64,000 nt of DNA from Bacteroidia bacterium (GTDB taxonomy: Bacteria > Bacteroidota > Bacteroidia > DATLTG01), in assembly GCA_039924845.1 (NCBI GenBank), contig JBDTAC010000068.1:925-64924 (forward strand), given 5' to 3'. The notes under the pieces are model-generated. The model searched no databases, was not told the DNA's origin, and saw only the letters and a list, made by a program, of their open reading frames with translations. Below are positions 1 through 10,953 of the stretch, piece by piece; position 1 is the stretch's first letter; each line of letters starts with the position of its first letter. The position numbers and the translations under genes were made by a program.

Positions 1-1616
1 TTATTTTCAGATTTAAGTTGTTTGAGTTGGGAAACATATTTCTCCATTTCCGACAAACTCAAGGCATTAAAACAATTTTCTTTCGTAAGCATTCCCTTTC
101 GTGCTGTGCCAATCCCGTAAATCATATCGTGGTATCCGCCTTTGTAATGTGCATCCGGATTAATAGAAATTTTCACTCCTTTTTCGATGCAATACGAAAT
201 CCAGCGCCAATCAATATCCAAGCGATAGGGATGCGAATTTAATTCCATAATGACATTATTTTCGGCACAAGCATCAATCATTTTTTCCATCTGCAAAGGA
301 TAACCTGGGCGCGAGAGCAGCAATCTTCCTGTGGGATGACCGAGTATCGTGGTGTACGGATTTTCAATCGCTTTCAGCAAACGTTGCGTGGCTTTTTCTT
401 CGTCCATTTTTAAATTGGAATGCACGGAAGCCACAATGATATCAAACTGCTCCAATATTTTTTCGTCGTAATCTAAACTTCCGTCATTCAAAATATCGGA
501 TTCAATTCCTTTAAAAATTTTGAACGGAAAAAGTTCTTTGTTTAATTTGTCAATTTCTTGAAACTGTGCTAAAACGCGCTCGTATTGCAATCCGTTTGCA
601 TAAACTGCCGATTTTGAATGGTCGCAAATAGTCAAATATTCATAACCTAATTCTTTCGCATATTCAGCCATTTCGCGTAAAGTATTAGTGCCATCGCTGT
701 AAGTGGTGTGATTGTGAATAATGCCTTTTAGATCTTTTAATTCAATGAGTTTCGGAATTTTATTTTCGCGCGCCAACTGAATTTCATTCGTACCTTCGCG
801 CAATTCTGGCTCAATATATTGCATTTTTAAGGATGCGTAAATTTCTTCTTCTGAAAAATAATTTTTCGAAGGCACATTTAATTCGCTAACGTGTTCAAGA
901 CTTCCAGTAGTTTCGAAGAGTTTGAAAAAATAATTTTCGGGAGCGCAATAAATAATTTTTACGGCATTTGTTTTTGGTATTTCAAAATCACTTAAATCTA
1001 TTTCGGTAAGTGTGCCAACTAAAATTTCGATACTGTCTACCACTTCATTTTTTCTTCTCAATTCACCGGTAACACTAATTAATTCGATATCATTCTTTTT
1101 TTCGATTTCAAAAATTATTTTTTCGGCAATCTCTAAAGCGTAAGAATAATGAAGCTTTCCGGCATTTCCTTCCGAAAATTCGATGGATTTTTTAATTTGA
1201 TCCTGGGTTTTTAATCCGAAACCTTTTAGAGTTACCAAACGATTTTCGTGGCACGCATACAATAATTCTCCGACGGATTCGATTTCTAATTCTTTCCAAA
1301 TGGCAGCAATTTTTTTCGGACCAATGCCTTTTATGCTTAGCATTTCAATAATCCCTTCGGGCGTTTTTTTTCTTAGAGCCTCTAATTCGCTTAATTTTCC
1401 TGTAGTTTGCAATTCGAAAATTTTTCCAGCAAGACTTTTACCAATAAGTGGATTTGCTTCCATTTCCAATAAAGACGGACTATCCAAAGCAACGTGCGCT
1501 TTTCCTAATTTGTAAGTTGCATTCGCAATCGCCGCAGATTTGAACGAGTTTTCATTGTGCAACTCCATGAGCTGTGCCGTTAATTTCAGTTCATTTAAAA
1601 TTTCCCGAGTATCCAT
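1..1616 (-). CDS. polX: DNA polymerase X family protein with C-terminal PHP domain (PolX), C-terminus runs off the window edge
   Basis: Manual translation of the minus strand from ATG at 1616 gives an uninterrupted frame to position 1. N-terminal HhH/pol-beta-like region (MDTREILNELKLTAQLMELHNENSFKSAAIANATYKL...). PHP-domain motifs (HPTGRLLLSRPGYPLQMEKMIDACAENNVIMELNSHPYRLDIDWRW). Not in the ORF track because there is no in-window stop. Confidence 0.85.
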   Translation of the reverse strand, partial: MDTREILNELKLTAQLMELHNENSFKSAAIANATYKLGKAHVALDSPSLLEMEANPLIGKSLAGKIFELQTTGKLSELEALRKKTPEGIIEMLSIKGIGPKKIAAIWKELEIESVGELLYACHENRLVTLKGFGLKTQDQIKKSIEFSEGNAGKLHYSYALEIAEKIIFEIEKKNDIELISVTGELRRKNEVVDSIEILVGTLTEIDLSDFEIPKTNAVKIIYCAPENYFFKLFETTGSLEHVSELNVPSKNYFSEEEIYASLKMQYIEPELREGTNEIQLARENKIPKLIELKDLKGIIHNHTTYSDGTNTLREMAEYAKELGYEYLTICDHSKSAVYANGLQYERVLAQFQEIDKLNKELFPFKIFKGIESDILNDGSLDYDEKILEQFDIIVASVHSNLKMDEEKATQRLLKAIENPYTTILGHPTGRLLLSRPGYPLQMEKMIDACAENNVIMELNSHPYRLDIDWRWISYCIEKGVKISINPDAHYKGGYHDMIYGIGTARKGMLTKENCFNALSLSEMEKYVSQLKQLKSEN

Positions 1617-1728
1617 TTGCGTTTGAGTGTTTGCAAATATCTAAAAAAAAAAGGAGCGATGAAAGCAATAAGGAAATACGGGAAAAATCAAAAAAAAAAA
1701 TTAATTTTGAAGCCATACTTTTACTAAA

Positions 1729-2094
1729 ATGACTGTTGTTTTTATAATATTACTTTGTATTGGCTTGGCGGCAGGGATTTTGAGCGGCTTTGTGGGTATC
1801 GGTGGCGGAATCGTGATTGTTCCCTCCTTAATTTTTTTGATTGGATTGTCGCAGTACGAAGCCCAAGGAACAAGTTTGGCGCTGATGCTCCCTCCTATCG
1901 GAATTTTAGCAGCATACAATTATTATAAAAATGGAAATCTCAATATTCGATATGCCGCCATTATCGCAGTAGCATTCGTATTTGGAGGGTTTATCGGCTC
2001 CAAAACTGCTTTGTCTTTAAATGCGCATGCAGTACGAGAAATTTTCGCTTCCGTCCTCTTACTCCTCTCTCTGAAATATATTTTTTCTAAATAA
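1729..2094 (+). CDS. TauE/SafE (DUF81) family sulfite-exporter-like membrane protein
   Basis: 121 aa, about four hydrophobic helices, Gly-rich GFVGIGGGIVIVP motif typical of TauE/SafE. Confidence 0.7.
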   Translation: MTVVFIILLCIGLAAGILSGFVGIGGGIVIVPSLIFLIGLSQYEAQGTSLALMLPPIGILAAYNYYKNGNLNIRYAAIIAVAFVFGGFIGSKTALSLNAHAVREIFASVLLLLSLKYIFSK

Positions 2095-2124
2095 CAAAGA
2101 GTAAAAACCAAAAACTATTTGAAA

Positions 2125-3144
2125 TTATCGTTCCGAAAAACATTTTTTCAAGCCTTCGTATTCCGAAAAAGTTTCTTGTTTTAATTTTTCAATGATTTCT
2201 TTGCAAGAAGAAATCGTTTCAATTAATTCTACTGATTGTCCTGCGCACCAAAGTGTATCATAGTTTCCAGGTTTTACCGAAGCCTCTAATTCTTTCATTC
2301 CTTTAATCTGCACCAACATTTTAAAATATTTTTTAGTGGTTTTATTTTTAGATAAAAACCGCTCAATCATATTTTGTTTGTACCCAATTTTTTTCGCGAA
2401 AGGTGTATTAATAATAGTACACGGCGTTCCTGAAATCCTTTCGGTAAGCACAATATCTTCCATTTTAGAATCTACAATCGCATTTTTATATTCCATTTTT
2501 ACAGTTGCTTCCGTGCTGGCAATAAATCGCGTACCGATGGAAACGCCTGCTGCACCTAATGCGAGCATGGATAAAATTCCTTTTCCGTTTGCAATTCCTC
2601 CAGCTGCCACAACTGGTTTTTCAGGAAAATGTTGGTGCAAAGATGGAATCAACACCTGCAACGGAAACGGTCCAGCATGTCCACCAGCGCCTTGTCCAAC
2701 GGCAATAAAGCCATCGCAATTTAAGTCGAAACATTTTTTTGCATGCGCGATATTGGTTACATCACAAAAAACTTTTCCGCCATAAGCGTGCGCTTGTTCA
2801 ATCACTTCTTTCGGACTTCCAAGCGAAGTAATGTAAAATGGAACTTTTTTTTCGACACAAATTTTTAAATGCTTTTTGTACAAAGGATTGGTTTGTTGCA
2901 CAATTAAATTAATTCCGTAAGTGCCTATTTTATTCTTTTGGGAAGCATTCAAGGTATCTAAAACAGTTTCGAGTTCGCCTTCTTTTCTATAATTTAACGA
3001 AGGAAAAGCACCTGCAATTCCAGCTTCCATTGCAGCTTCTGTCATTGCTACATTCGACACCAAAAACATTGGAGCCATAATTATCGGAAAAGAAATATTC
3101 AGTATTTCTGTGAGTTGGGTAGAAATAGGTTTCGTTTGCATCAA
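2125..3144 (-). CDS. NAD(P)H-dependent flavin oxidoreductase, nitronate monooxygenase/FabK-like
   Basis: 339 aa. FMN-binding TIM-barrel motifs (IIMAPMFLVSN, VAAGGIANGKG, GQGAGGHAG) characteristic of the NMO/2-nitropropane dioxygenase family. Confidence 0.8.
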   Translation of the reverse strand: MMQTKPISTQLTEILNISFPIIMAPMFLVSNVAMTEAAMEAGIAGAFPSLNYRKEGELETVLDTLNASQKNKIGTYGINLIVQQTNPLYKKHLKICVEKKVPFYITSLGSPKEVIEQAHAYGGKVFCDVTNIAHAKKCFDLNCDGFIAVGQGAGGHAGPFPLQVLIPSLHQHFPEKPVVAAGGIANGKGILSMLALGAAGVSIGTRFIASTEATVKMEYKNAIVDSKMEDIVLTERISGTPCTIINTPFAKKIGYKQNMIERFLSKNKTTKKYFKMLVQIKGMKELEASVKPGNYDTLWCAGQSVELIETISSCKEIIEKLKQETFSEYEGLKKCFSER

Positions 3145-3276
3145 AAAATAATTTTTAAAAACCTTGCAAAATTAATCTATTTACTTCGTGCGAAAAAGAT
3201 TTTTTTTATCTGCGAAAGCGAAATCAGCATACTTTTATTATTTAACTTTGGACAGCAATCAAAAAAATATTTTACA

Positions 3277-5040
3277 ATGTACGACTTCCGAATTTTTGAC
3301 ATTCTTCCGCGTTATGCAGAAAAATTTCCACAGCCGGATGCCTTGGCATCAAAGGTAAATAACGAATGGGTAAAAATTAGCACTGCCGATTTTATTGTCA
3401 ATTCAAACTTCATAAGTTGCGGACTTTTACAAGCTGGAATAAAAGCGGGGGATAAAATTGCGACCATTTCTAACAATCGTTATGAATGGAATTTTTTGGA
3501 CATGGGCATGTTGCAAATTGGAGCCATTCACGTGCCAATTTATCCAACCATCAGCGAAGCCGATTATCGTTTTATTTTAAATGATGCAGAAGTAAAATTG
3601 GTGTTTGTTTCGAGCGAAGAATTATTTTTAAAAATAAAAAATATCGCTAGTGAAATCCCAACGATAAACAATCTTTTTACATTCGATTCGGTAATTGGCG
3701 CGAAAAGTTGGACAGAAATTTTAGAAGCTGGAAAAAAAGTTTTTTCGACCACTAATTTAAATGCTCTAAAGGCTGCGGTAAAACCGGATGATATCGCCAC
3801 ACTTATTTATACTTCCGGAACAACAGGAACACCAAAAGGAGTAATTCTTTCGCATAAAAATATTATGAGTAATGTAATTGCCGTTGAAGACCTGCCGCCC
3901 ATTGATAATCAAGCGAAAGCCCTGAGTTTTTTACCAATTAATCACGTATACGAAAGGATGCTTACTTATTTATATATGTATTTGGGCGTTTCTATTTATT
4001 ATGCGGAAAGTATTGATAAATTAATAGATAATATAAAAGAAGTTAAACCCGAAGTGTTTTCAACCGTTCCGCGTTTACTCGAAAAAATATATGAAAAAAT
4101 TGTTGCTACCGGAAGTGGATTAAAAGGTATCAAAAAAATAATTTTCTTTTGGGCTTTAAATCTTGGTTTGCGTTATGAATTAGATGGCAAAAATGGCTGG
4201 TGGTACGCGTATCAACTGAGCATTGCCAACAAACTCGTTTTTAGTAAATGGCGCGAAGCTTTGGGCGGAAACGTAAGAGCCATTGTTTCGGGAAGTGCGC
4301 CTTTGCAACCACGTTTGGCACGTGTTTTTTGGGCAGCAAAAATTATTGTTTTGGAAGGCTACGGATTAACGGAAACTTCTCCTGTTATTTCTGTAAACAC
4401 TACTGCCAAAGGCGGCGCGAAATTCGGAACAGTAGGCCCAATAATTAAAGATGTGGAAGTAAAAATTGCCGCGGATGGAGAAATATTGGTGAAAGGACCT
4501 AACGTTATGTTAGGCTATTACAAACGTCCGGATTTAACGGTGGAAGTAATTGATAGCGAAGGTTGGTTTCACACAGGCGATATTGGTTTGTTGGAAGATG
4601 GAAAATATTTAAAAATTACCGATCGGAAAAAAGAATTATTGAAAACTTCGGGAGGGAAATACATTGCTCCGCAACCGATTGAAAATAAATTTAAGGAATC
4701 GCATTTTATGGAACAAATTATGGTGGTGGGCGATGGACAAAAATTTGCTGGAGCGCTCGTAATACCTGCATTTCCATATTTAAAAGAATGGTGTAATCGG
4801 AAAAATATTCCGTACACAAGCAATGCCGAAATGATTAAAAATCCTTTGGTAATTGCCCGTTTCAAAAAAGAAATTGGAATAATGAATCCAAACTTCGGAC
4901 ACGTGGAACAAATCAAAGAGTTTGCATTGATTGCCGATGAATGGAGCGTAAATACGGGAGAATTAACGCCTACATTAAAATTAAAGCGCAAATTTATTTT
5001 AGCGAAATACAAAAATTTAATGGATAAAATGTATTCCTAA
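3277..5040 (+). CDS. long-chain fatty acid--CoA ligase (AMP-dependent synthetase/ligase)
   Basis: The track ORF 3115-5040 overlaps the upstream gene; the first plausible ATG is 3277 (MYDFRIFDIL). AMP-binding motif TSGTTGTPKGV, GYGLTETS, and a GEI...GYYK..P...DGWFHTGD core. Confidence 0.85.
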   Translation: MYDFRIFDILPRYAEKFPQPDALASKVNNEWVKISTADFIVNSNFISCGLLQAGIKAGDKIATISNNRYEWNFLDMGMLQIGAIHVPIYPTISEADYRFILNDAEVKLVFVSSEELFLKIKNIASEIPTINNLFTFDSVIGAKSWTEILEAGKKVFSTTNLNALKAAVKPDDIATLIYTSGTTGTPKGVILSHKNIMSNVIAVEDLPPIDNQAKALSFLPINHVYERMLTYLYMYLGVSIYYAESIDKLIDNIKEVKPEVFSTVPRLLEKIYEKIVATGSGLKGIKKIIFFWALNLGLRYELDGKNGWWYAYQLSIANKLVFSKWREALGGNVRAIVSGSAPLQPRLARVFWAAKIIVLEGYGLTETSPVISVNTTAKGGAKFGTVGPIIKDVEVKIAADGEILVKGPNVMLGYYKRPDLTVEVIDSEGWFHTGDIGLLEDGKYLKITDRKKELLKTSGGKYIAPQPIENKFKESHFMEQIMVVGDGQKFAGALVIPAFPYLKEWCNRKNIPYTSNAEMIKNPLVIARFKKEIGIMNPNFGHVEQIKEFALIADEWSVNTGELTPTLKLKRKFILAKYKNLMDKMYS

Positions 5041-5319
5041 ATTAGATTTGAGAATTTGAATATGTGCAGATGTAGCGATGCTAATTGAAAATTTATCGTC
5101 ATTCTGAACTTGATTCAGAATCTACGCGAAGAATTTTTTTTCGGTATCGAATCTCGAATAAAATTTAGACTTTTTGTCTACTCCAACGGAGTTATGAAAT
5201 ATAATCTTTTAAGAAAAAAACATCCTACGCTATGCTTTGAAAAATATTTTTTCAAATATATTTTTCTACATCAAAAAAACGGCTTCAAAAAAATAATTTT
5301 TCAAAAGGAATTTTATTGC

Positions 5320-6588
5320 TTAGCGCAAAATGAGTAAGCGCGAAGCATCTAATTTTATAAAAATAAATAATAGAATAGTAAATGCCCAAAGCGAGGAACC
5401 TCCGTAACTGAAGAATGGCAAGGGAATTCCGATAACAGGAACCAATCCAATCGTCATGCCGATGTTTACCATTACGTGAAAAAAGAAAATGGACGCCACG
5501 CCGTAACCGTATATTCTACTGAATAAAGAGCGCTGTCGTTCTGCCAAAAAAACAATTCGACAGATAAAAAACATAAAAGCGATAACTACAAAAGCACTTC
5601 CCAGAAATCCCCATTCTTCGCCGATGGTACAGAAAATAAAATCAGTAGCTTGTTCCGGAACAAAATTATATTTTGTTTGCGTGCCTTGTAAAAAACCTTT
5701 TCCAGTAAAGCCTCCAGAACCAATTGAAATTTTTGCTTGATTGACATTGTAGCCCGATTTTGTTTTTTCGCTGGCATCGCCTTTTCCTAAAAAAACATCC
5801 AATCTCTTTTTTTGATATCCATGCAAATGATTAAATGCGTAACTCGTGCCAACCACAGCTCCGCAGGAAAGCAGCAAAACACTTAGAATCAAAAAAATAT
5901 TTTTCAATTTCTTTTTCATTAACAAAATAAAAATTACTGCAATACCAGAAAGTGTACCGATTAAAATAATTTTATCGACGACCAAAGAAAGCACAAAAAG
6001 CAACAACACCAAAAAGCCCAACAGAAGCATGTTCCCGGATAATCCTTCGCGATACATCACTAAAATAAATACCAAATAAACCAAGGCGATACCCGTTTCG
6101 TTTTCGAGTAAAATGAGTAATGCGGGAAATAAAATAATGAGAAAGGATTTTATTTTGGTGGATAATTTATTCATGTTCGTATCCATATTGCTGAGGTATT
6201 TTGCCAAAGCCAAATCGACGGCAAACTTGGCAAATTCGGCGGGCTGTATAGCCACTTGACCAATCCGAAACCAAGATCTACTACCAGAAATAGTGGTTCC
6301 CAGGAATAAAACTGCGACCAACATCAACATACTTAATACATAAATGGGCCAAGGAAATGCGGTGTAAAAATCAACATCAATAATGAGAATAATAAGGGCG
6401 AGTAAAAATCCGGTTCCAATCCAAATTAATTGTTTGCCGTATTTCTGCGACATGTCAAAAATACTGCTGTGCGCATCGTTGTATATGGCGGCGTACACGT
6501 TCATCCAGCCGATGCACACAAACATCACATACATGATGATAAGTGTCCAATCAACTCCTTCTACTATTTTAGTGCTACTTCTTTTCAA
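5320..6588 (-). CDS. rodA: rod shape-determining protein RodA (SEDS family peptidoglycan glycosyltransferase)
   Basis: 422 aa polytopic membrane protein; FtsW/RodA motifs (PAEFAKF, SGGSS...); overlaps mrdA by 14 nt in a mreBCD-mrdA-rodA block. Confidence 0.9.
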   Translation of the reverse strand: MKRSSTKIVEGVDWTLIIMYVMFVCIGWMNVYAAIYNDAHSSIFDMSQKYGKQLIWIGTGFLLALIILIIDVDFYTAFPWPIYVLSMLMLVAVLFLGTTISGSRSWFRIGQVAIQPAEFAKFAVDLALAKYLSNMDTNMNKLSTKIKSFLIILFPALLILLENETGIALVYLVFILVMYREGLSGNMLLLGFLVLLLFVLSLVVDKIILIGTLSGIAVIFILLMKKKLKNIFLILSVLLLSCGAVVGTSYAFNHLHGYQKKRLDVFLGKGDASEKTKSGYNVNQAKISIGSGGFTGKGFLQGTQTKYNFVPEQATDFIFCTIGEEWGFLGSAFVVIAFMFFICRIVFLAERQRSLFSRIYGYGVASIFFFHVMVNIGMTIGLVPVIGIPLPFFSYGGSSLWAFTILLFIFIKLDASRLLILR

Positions 6589-8410
6589 CGTATTGAATTA
6601 AATTTTCAGCGATAATCTTTTTTTCTAAATCAGGACGAGTAATCGTATCCGTTAAATATTTTTCTATCATTAAACTCGCAATAGGAGCAGCTACTTCTGC
6701 ACCAAATCCGCCACGTTCCACCACAACAGAAATGGCAATTTTTGGATTGTCTTTCGGCGCAAAAGCGATAAAAAGCGAATTGTTTCTTCCCGTCGGATTT
6801 TGCGCTGTTCCTGTTTTTCCGCACATGTCAATTCCGTTTATTTTTGAAGCAGCGGCTGTTCCTTTTTCCACCACTTCCGCCATCGCATCTACAACAATTC
6901 CAAAATATTTTTGATCCACAATAGTATATTGTTTGGTGGTGTATTTTGGCAATTGCATTTTTTTATCACCAATATATTTGATGATATGCGGGATATAATA
7001 AAAACCTCTGTTTGCGATAATTGCCGCTTCGTTGGCGAGTTGTAGTGGGTTTACGCCCAATGCGCCTTGACCAATGGCGAGCGAAATAACATTAGAAGCT
7101 TTCCAAGCACCTTTTCCAAATAAAGTATTGTAATAATTAACGGAAGGCACGGAACCTCTGAGTGCATTGGGTAAATCAATCGCCAACCGCTGACCAATAC
7201 CGAAACTGAAAATAGCCTTTTTCCAAGCCTCAAAACCTTCTACGGTACTTCTATCGTATTGCGGCGCGTCAATCACACTGCGGAAAACATTGCAAAAATA
7301 AGTATTGCAAGAATGTGCAATCGCATCTTCCAAATCAAGGGAACCGTGCGCCGCATCACATTTAACAGTCCAATTACCCATGTGAAAACCGCCATCACAA
7401 TAATAATGCGTACTTGGAGATAACACGCCGTCTTGTTGTCCGATGAGTGCCATGATTGGCTTAAAGGTAGAGCCCGGAGGATATTGCGCCATCAACGCTC
7501 TGTTAAACAAAGGCACTGTAATAGTGTCCAAAGCCAGTTGCGCGTAATTGTGCGAACGCTCTCGTCCGACCAATAAATTTGGATCATAAGAAGGTGAAGT
7601 AACCATCGCTAAAATTTCACCAGTTGCGGGCTCAATGGCAACAATACTTCCAACTTTATTCTGCAATAATTTTTCACCTAACTGTTCTAAAACCGCATCA
7701 ATAGAGGAGGTGAGATTGGCGCCCGGAACGGCAATGGTATCGTATTTCCCGTTTTGATAACTGCCCATTTCTCGGTTGTGCACATCCACCATGATAATTT
7801 TCAATCCTTTTTTTCCACGCAATTCTTTTTCGTAGGATTTCTCTATGCCGCTGATACCAATGTAATCGCCTTGTTTGTAATACGAACTGGTATCGGCAAT
7901 GTCTTCACTTACTTCGCCTACGTAGCCTAAAACGTGTGCTGCTGTTTTCATCGGATACTTTCGGAGCGAGCGCGTTTCAACATAAAATCCGCGAAAGCGA
8001 TACAATTGTTCTTGCAACAAAGCATACGTTTCCGCCGAAAGTTGAGATGCGAAGACTGAAGGAATACGTGGGGAATTAGGACTTGTCGAAGATTTTTTCA
8101 TTTTTTCAATATAATCTTCTTTCGAAATATTGATGAGATTGCAGAGTGCCATCGTATCAATATTTTTTGCTTCGTGCGGCACCACCATCAAATCATACGC
8201 CGCCGAATTATACACTAAAATTTTTCCGTTGCGATCAAAAATATATCCTCTGTCGGGATATTGCGTTACGTAGCGAAAAGCCTGATTGCGCGCATCTAAT
8301 TTGTAACTATCGTCGATGACTTGAATGTAAAAAAGACGGATAATAAAAGCCAATCCGACCAGCAAAAAAATACCAATAATTACGTATTGCCTTTCCGAAA
8401 AACGATTCAT
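6575..8410 (-). CDS. mrdA: penicillin-binding protein 2 (peptidoglycan D,D-transpeptidase MrdA)
   Basis: 611 aa. N-terminal TM anchor; transpeptidase motifs STFK (PGSTFKP), SxN and KTGT (CGKTGTA); conserved position between mreD and rodA. Confidence 0.9.
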   Translation of the reverse strand: MNRFSERQYVIIGIFLLVGLAFIIRLFYIQVIDDSYKLDARNQAFRYVTQYPDRGYIFDRNGKILVYNSAAYDLMVVPHEAKNIDTMALCNLINISKEDYIEKMKKSSTSPNSPRIPSVFASQLSAETYALLQEQLYRFRGFYVETRSLRKYPMKTAAHVLGYVGEVSEDIADTSSYYKQGDYIGISGIEKSYEKELRGKKGLKIIMVDVHNREMGSYQNGKYDTIAVPGANLTSSIDAVLEQLGEKLLQNKVGSIVAIEPATGEILAMVTSPSYDPNLLVGRERSHNYAQLALDTITVPLFNRALMAQYPPGSTFKPIMALIGQQDGVLSPSTHYYCDGGFHMGNWTVKCDAAHGSLDLEDAIAHSCNTYFCNVFRSVIDAPQYDRSTVEGFEAWKKAIFSFGIGQRLAIDLPNALRGSVPSVNYYNTLFGKGAWKASNVISLAIGQGALGVNPLQLANEAAIIANRGFYYIPHIIKYIGDKKMQLPKYTTKQYTIVDQKYFGIVVDAMAEVVEKGTAAASKINGIDMCGKTGTAQNPTGRNNSLFIAFAPKDNPKIAISVVVERGGFGAEVAAPIASLMIEKYLTDTITRPDLEKKIIAENLIQYVEKK

Positions 8411-8922
8411 TTTTGTTTTTCTTTATAAAATAAAAATTGGCTGATGAACAATAAAATAATGGTGGCAATAGAACTAAAAATAATTTTTAAGAAGGTAGAT
8501 CCGAATTCTGAAAAACGAAAAAATTCGACTGTAAATAAAACGGTGTGATGAATGAGTACCAACACGATCGAATAAGGTAAAAACCATTGTAAACCCATCG
8601 AGCGCAAAGTAGGCTCTGCACCAAATTCATATCCATCGCGTGGAGAAATAATGCGCAACACGCTTGGGCGACAATACGCCATAAACACGCAAGCAAACGC
8701 GTGCATTCCCATCGTGTTGTAAAACATATCCATCGTTAAGCCCGTTACAAATGCGATAATCAGCAATAATCCATTGGGAATGGTAAAAGGAAGCATCATC
8801 AAAAATAAAATATAAATAAACGGATTTACGAATTTTCCGAGTTCGATATTTTTCACGATGAGCACCTGCAAAAGCATTAAAATCAGGAAGCGTGCGGTAT
8901 TTCGGAGAACGTCATTGAGCAT
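8407..8922 (-). CDS. mreD: rod shape-determining protein MreD
   Basis: 171 aa hydrophobic protein immediately downstream of mreC, overlapping both neighbours. Confidence 0.7.
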   Translation of the reverse strand: MLNDVLRNTARFLILMLLQVLIVKNIELGKFVNPFIYILFLMMLPFTIPNGLLLIIAFVTGLTMDMFYNTMGMHAFACVFMAYCRPSVLRIISPRDGYEFGAEPTLRSMGLQWFLPYSIVLVLIHHTVLFTVEFFRFSEFGSTFLKIIFSSIATIILLFISQFLFYKEKQK

Positions 8923-9748
8923 TTTGCGAAACTTTTTCTAAACTATCTTGTTCCTCTTTCATCACATTTTCAACTATAAAAACGTAGCTACTTACGGATT
9001 TAAAATCAGTGGAAAGTTTTATTTTTACTTTGAAAAAATATTCTCCGGGAACGGTCGAAAAACTTTCTACTGTACCTACCATTACGCCCTCCGGAAAAAT
9101 TCCAGTGTAAGCGCTTGTCAAAATAGTGTCTCCTTTTTGAAGTTTAATATTTCCAGGAATATCACTTAACTGTGCATAACGATAATCGCCGCCATCCCAC
9201 GAAAGTGGACCAAATGCGCCATATTTTTTTATCATCACACTGATCTTTGTTTCTTTGTGTAAAACCGACATGACGGAACAAAAATTAGCAGAAACATTTT
9301 TTACAATTCCAATAATTCCGGATCCCGAAATAACGCCCATTTCTGGTTTCACACCTTGCGAACTTCCTGCTTCTAAGGTCAGATAATTGCTGCGTTGATC
9401 GGTTGAATTGTTAACGACTTTAGCGCTGATGTATTGATATTTTTGTTTGTGTATGGAATCGTTAATCCAATATTTTTCTGCCTTGGTCTGGATAAAAGAG
9501 GAAAGCAACAAATTGTGCAAACGCGCATTTTCCGTTGCTAAATTTTGATTCGTATTTTTTAAATTGAGGTATTCGTTGGCTTGCGATGAAAGCGTAAAAA
9601 AAAATCCGGCCACTTTGTTGGATGAATTGATAAATCCGGCGCGCTGAAATTTATTATTCTGAACAATTAAAAAGATGGAGAAGCCCTGCAATAGGGCAAA
9701 CAGAAAGAAAAAATGGTGTTTCCAGATAAAGGTAACAAGGTTTCTCAT
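8912..9748 (-). CDS. mreC: rod shape-determining protein MreC
   Basis: 278 aa; N-terminal TM, coiled-coil then beta domain (ILTSAYTGIFPEGVMVGTV); located between mreB and mreD. Confidence 0.85.
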   Translation of the reverse strand: MRNLVTFIWKHHFFFLFALLQGFSIFLIVQNNKFQRAGFINSSNKVAGFFFTLSSQANEYLNLKNTNQNLATENARLHNLLLSSFIQTKAEKYWINDSIHKQKYQYISAKVVNNSTDQRSNYLTLEAGSSQGVKPEMGVISGSGIIGIVKNVSANFCSVMSVLHKETKISVMIKKYGAFGPLSWDGGDYRYAQLSDIPGNIKLQKGDTILTSAYTGIFPEGVMVGTVESFSTVPGEYFFKVKIKLSTDFKSVSSYVFIVENVMKEEQDSLEKVSQNAQ

Positions 9749-9811
9749 GATTTATCTGCTGTAAAGAGGTTTGAAAAAATATTTTTTCAAACCTCTTTTT
9801 CAAGGTCATTT

Positions 9812-10834
9812 TTATTTGATCAAAAACTGAAATTTATTTACATTTTTCAAAGCAATTCCTGTTCCTCTCGCAACTGCTCTGAGTGGATCTTCCGCAATGT
9901 GAACGGGCAATTTCGTTTTCAAGGAAATACGTTTGTCCAATCCGCGCAACATGGAACCGCCGCCCGCCAAATAAATTCCTTTTTTATAAATATCTGCGGA
10001 AAGCTCTGGTGGCGTCATCTCCAGCGCATTTAAAACAGCTTCTTCCACTTTCGAAATGGATTTATCCAATGCTGCCGCAATTTCTCTATATGAAACATGG
10101 ATTTCTTTCGGAACGCCTGTCATCAAATCTCTTCCGTGTACAGCGTAATCTTCAGGTGGATCTTCAATTTCCTCCATCGCTGCACCTACTTTTATTTTTA
10201 CGATTTCTGCGGAGCGTTCACCAATCAATAAATTGTGTTGTCTGCGCATGTATTCTTCGATATTCGCTGTAAAATCATCTCCTGCAATCCGAATAGATTT
10301 ATCGCAAACAATTCCGCCCAACGCGATAACCGCGATTTCACTGGTTCCTCCGCCAATATCAATAATCATATTTCCCATCGGCTCTTCCACGTCAATTCCA
10401 ATTCCGATAGCCGCAGCCATTGGTTCGTGAATCAAATAAACTTCTTTTCCGCCTGCATGTTCTGCGGAATCTCGAACGGCGCGTTTCTCCACTTCCGTGA
10501 TTCCGGAAGGAATACAAATAACCATTTTTAAAGAAGGATTGAACAAATGTTTTCCTGGATTAATCATTTTTATCATCGCGCGAATCATGTGTTCCGCTGC
10601 ATGGAAATCCGCAATTACGCCATCTTTCAGCGGACGAATGGTTTTAATGTTCTCGTGCGTTTTTCCGTGCATTTGCTGCGCCACTTTTCCTACCGCAATT
10701 ACTTTTCCGGTCAATCGGTCAATGGCAACAATAGACGGTTCATCCACCACTACTTTGTCGTTGTGAATAATCAGCGTATTGGCTGTTCCCAAGTCAATCG
10801 CTATTTCTTGTGTTAAAAAATTAAATAAACCCAT
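9812..10834 (-). CDS. mreB: rod shape-determining protein MreB (actin homologue)
   Basis: Start taken at the internal Met (MGLFNFLTQEIAIDLGTANTLI...). Actin-fold motifs DLGTANT and DIGGGTSEIAVI; C-terminal EDPLRAVARGTG. Confidence 0.95.
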   Translation of the reverse strand: MGLFNFLTQEIAIDLGTANTLIIHNDKVVVDEPSIVAIDRLTGKVIAVGKVAQQMHGKTHENIKTIRPLKDGVIADFHAAEHMIRAMIKMINPGKHLFNPSLKMVICIPSGITEVEKRAVRDSAEHAGGKEVYLIHEPMAAAIGIGIDVEEPMGNMIIDIGGGTSEIAVIALGGIVCDKSIRIAGDDFTANIEEYMRRQHNLLIGERSAEIVKIKVGAAMEEIEDPPEDYAVHGRDLMTGVPKEIHVSYREIAAALDKSISKVEEAVLNALEMTPPELSADIYKKGIYLAGGGSMLRGLDKRISLKTKLPVHIAEDPLRAVARGTGIALKNVNKFQFLIK

Positions 10835-10953
10835 TCTTTTTTTATTCGATTTAGGATTCTGAAATTTAGGATTTAAAATTTCCAATCCAATTGTTAGTAT
10901 TAAATTTTTTTAAGAGAATTAAATCCTAAATGAGAAATCCTCAATCATTTATT

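Noticed and set aside
2336-2785. Opposite-strand and overlapping ORFs listed in the six-frame track
   Set aside because: Each lies antisense within a well-supported gene with clear family motifs (e.g. 2336-2785, 3564-3800, 4569-5012, 10235-10816, 11079-11752, 14702-15211, 16304-16741, 17081-17500, 18964-19446, 20476-20739, 50441-51241, 53228-53602, 56123-56386, 61509-61751). They are AT-rich-genome artefacts.
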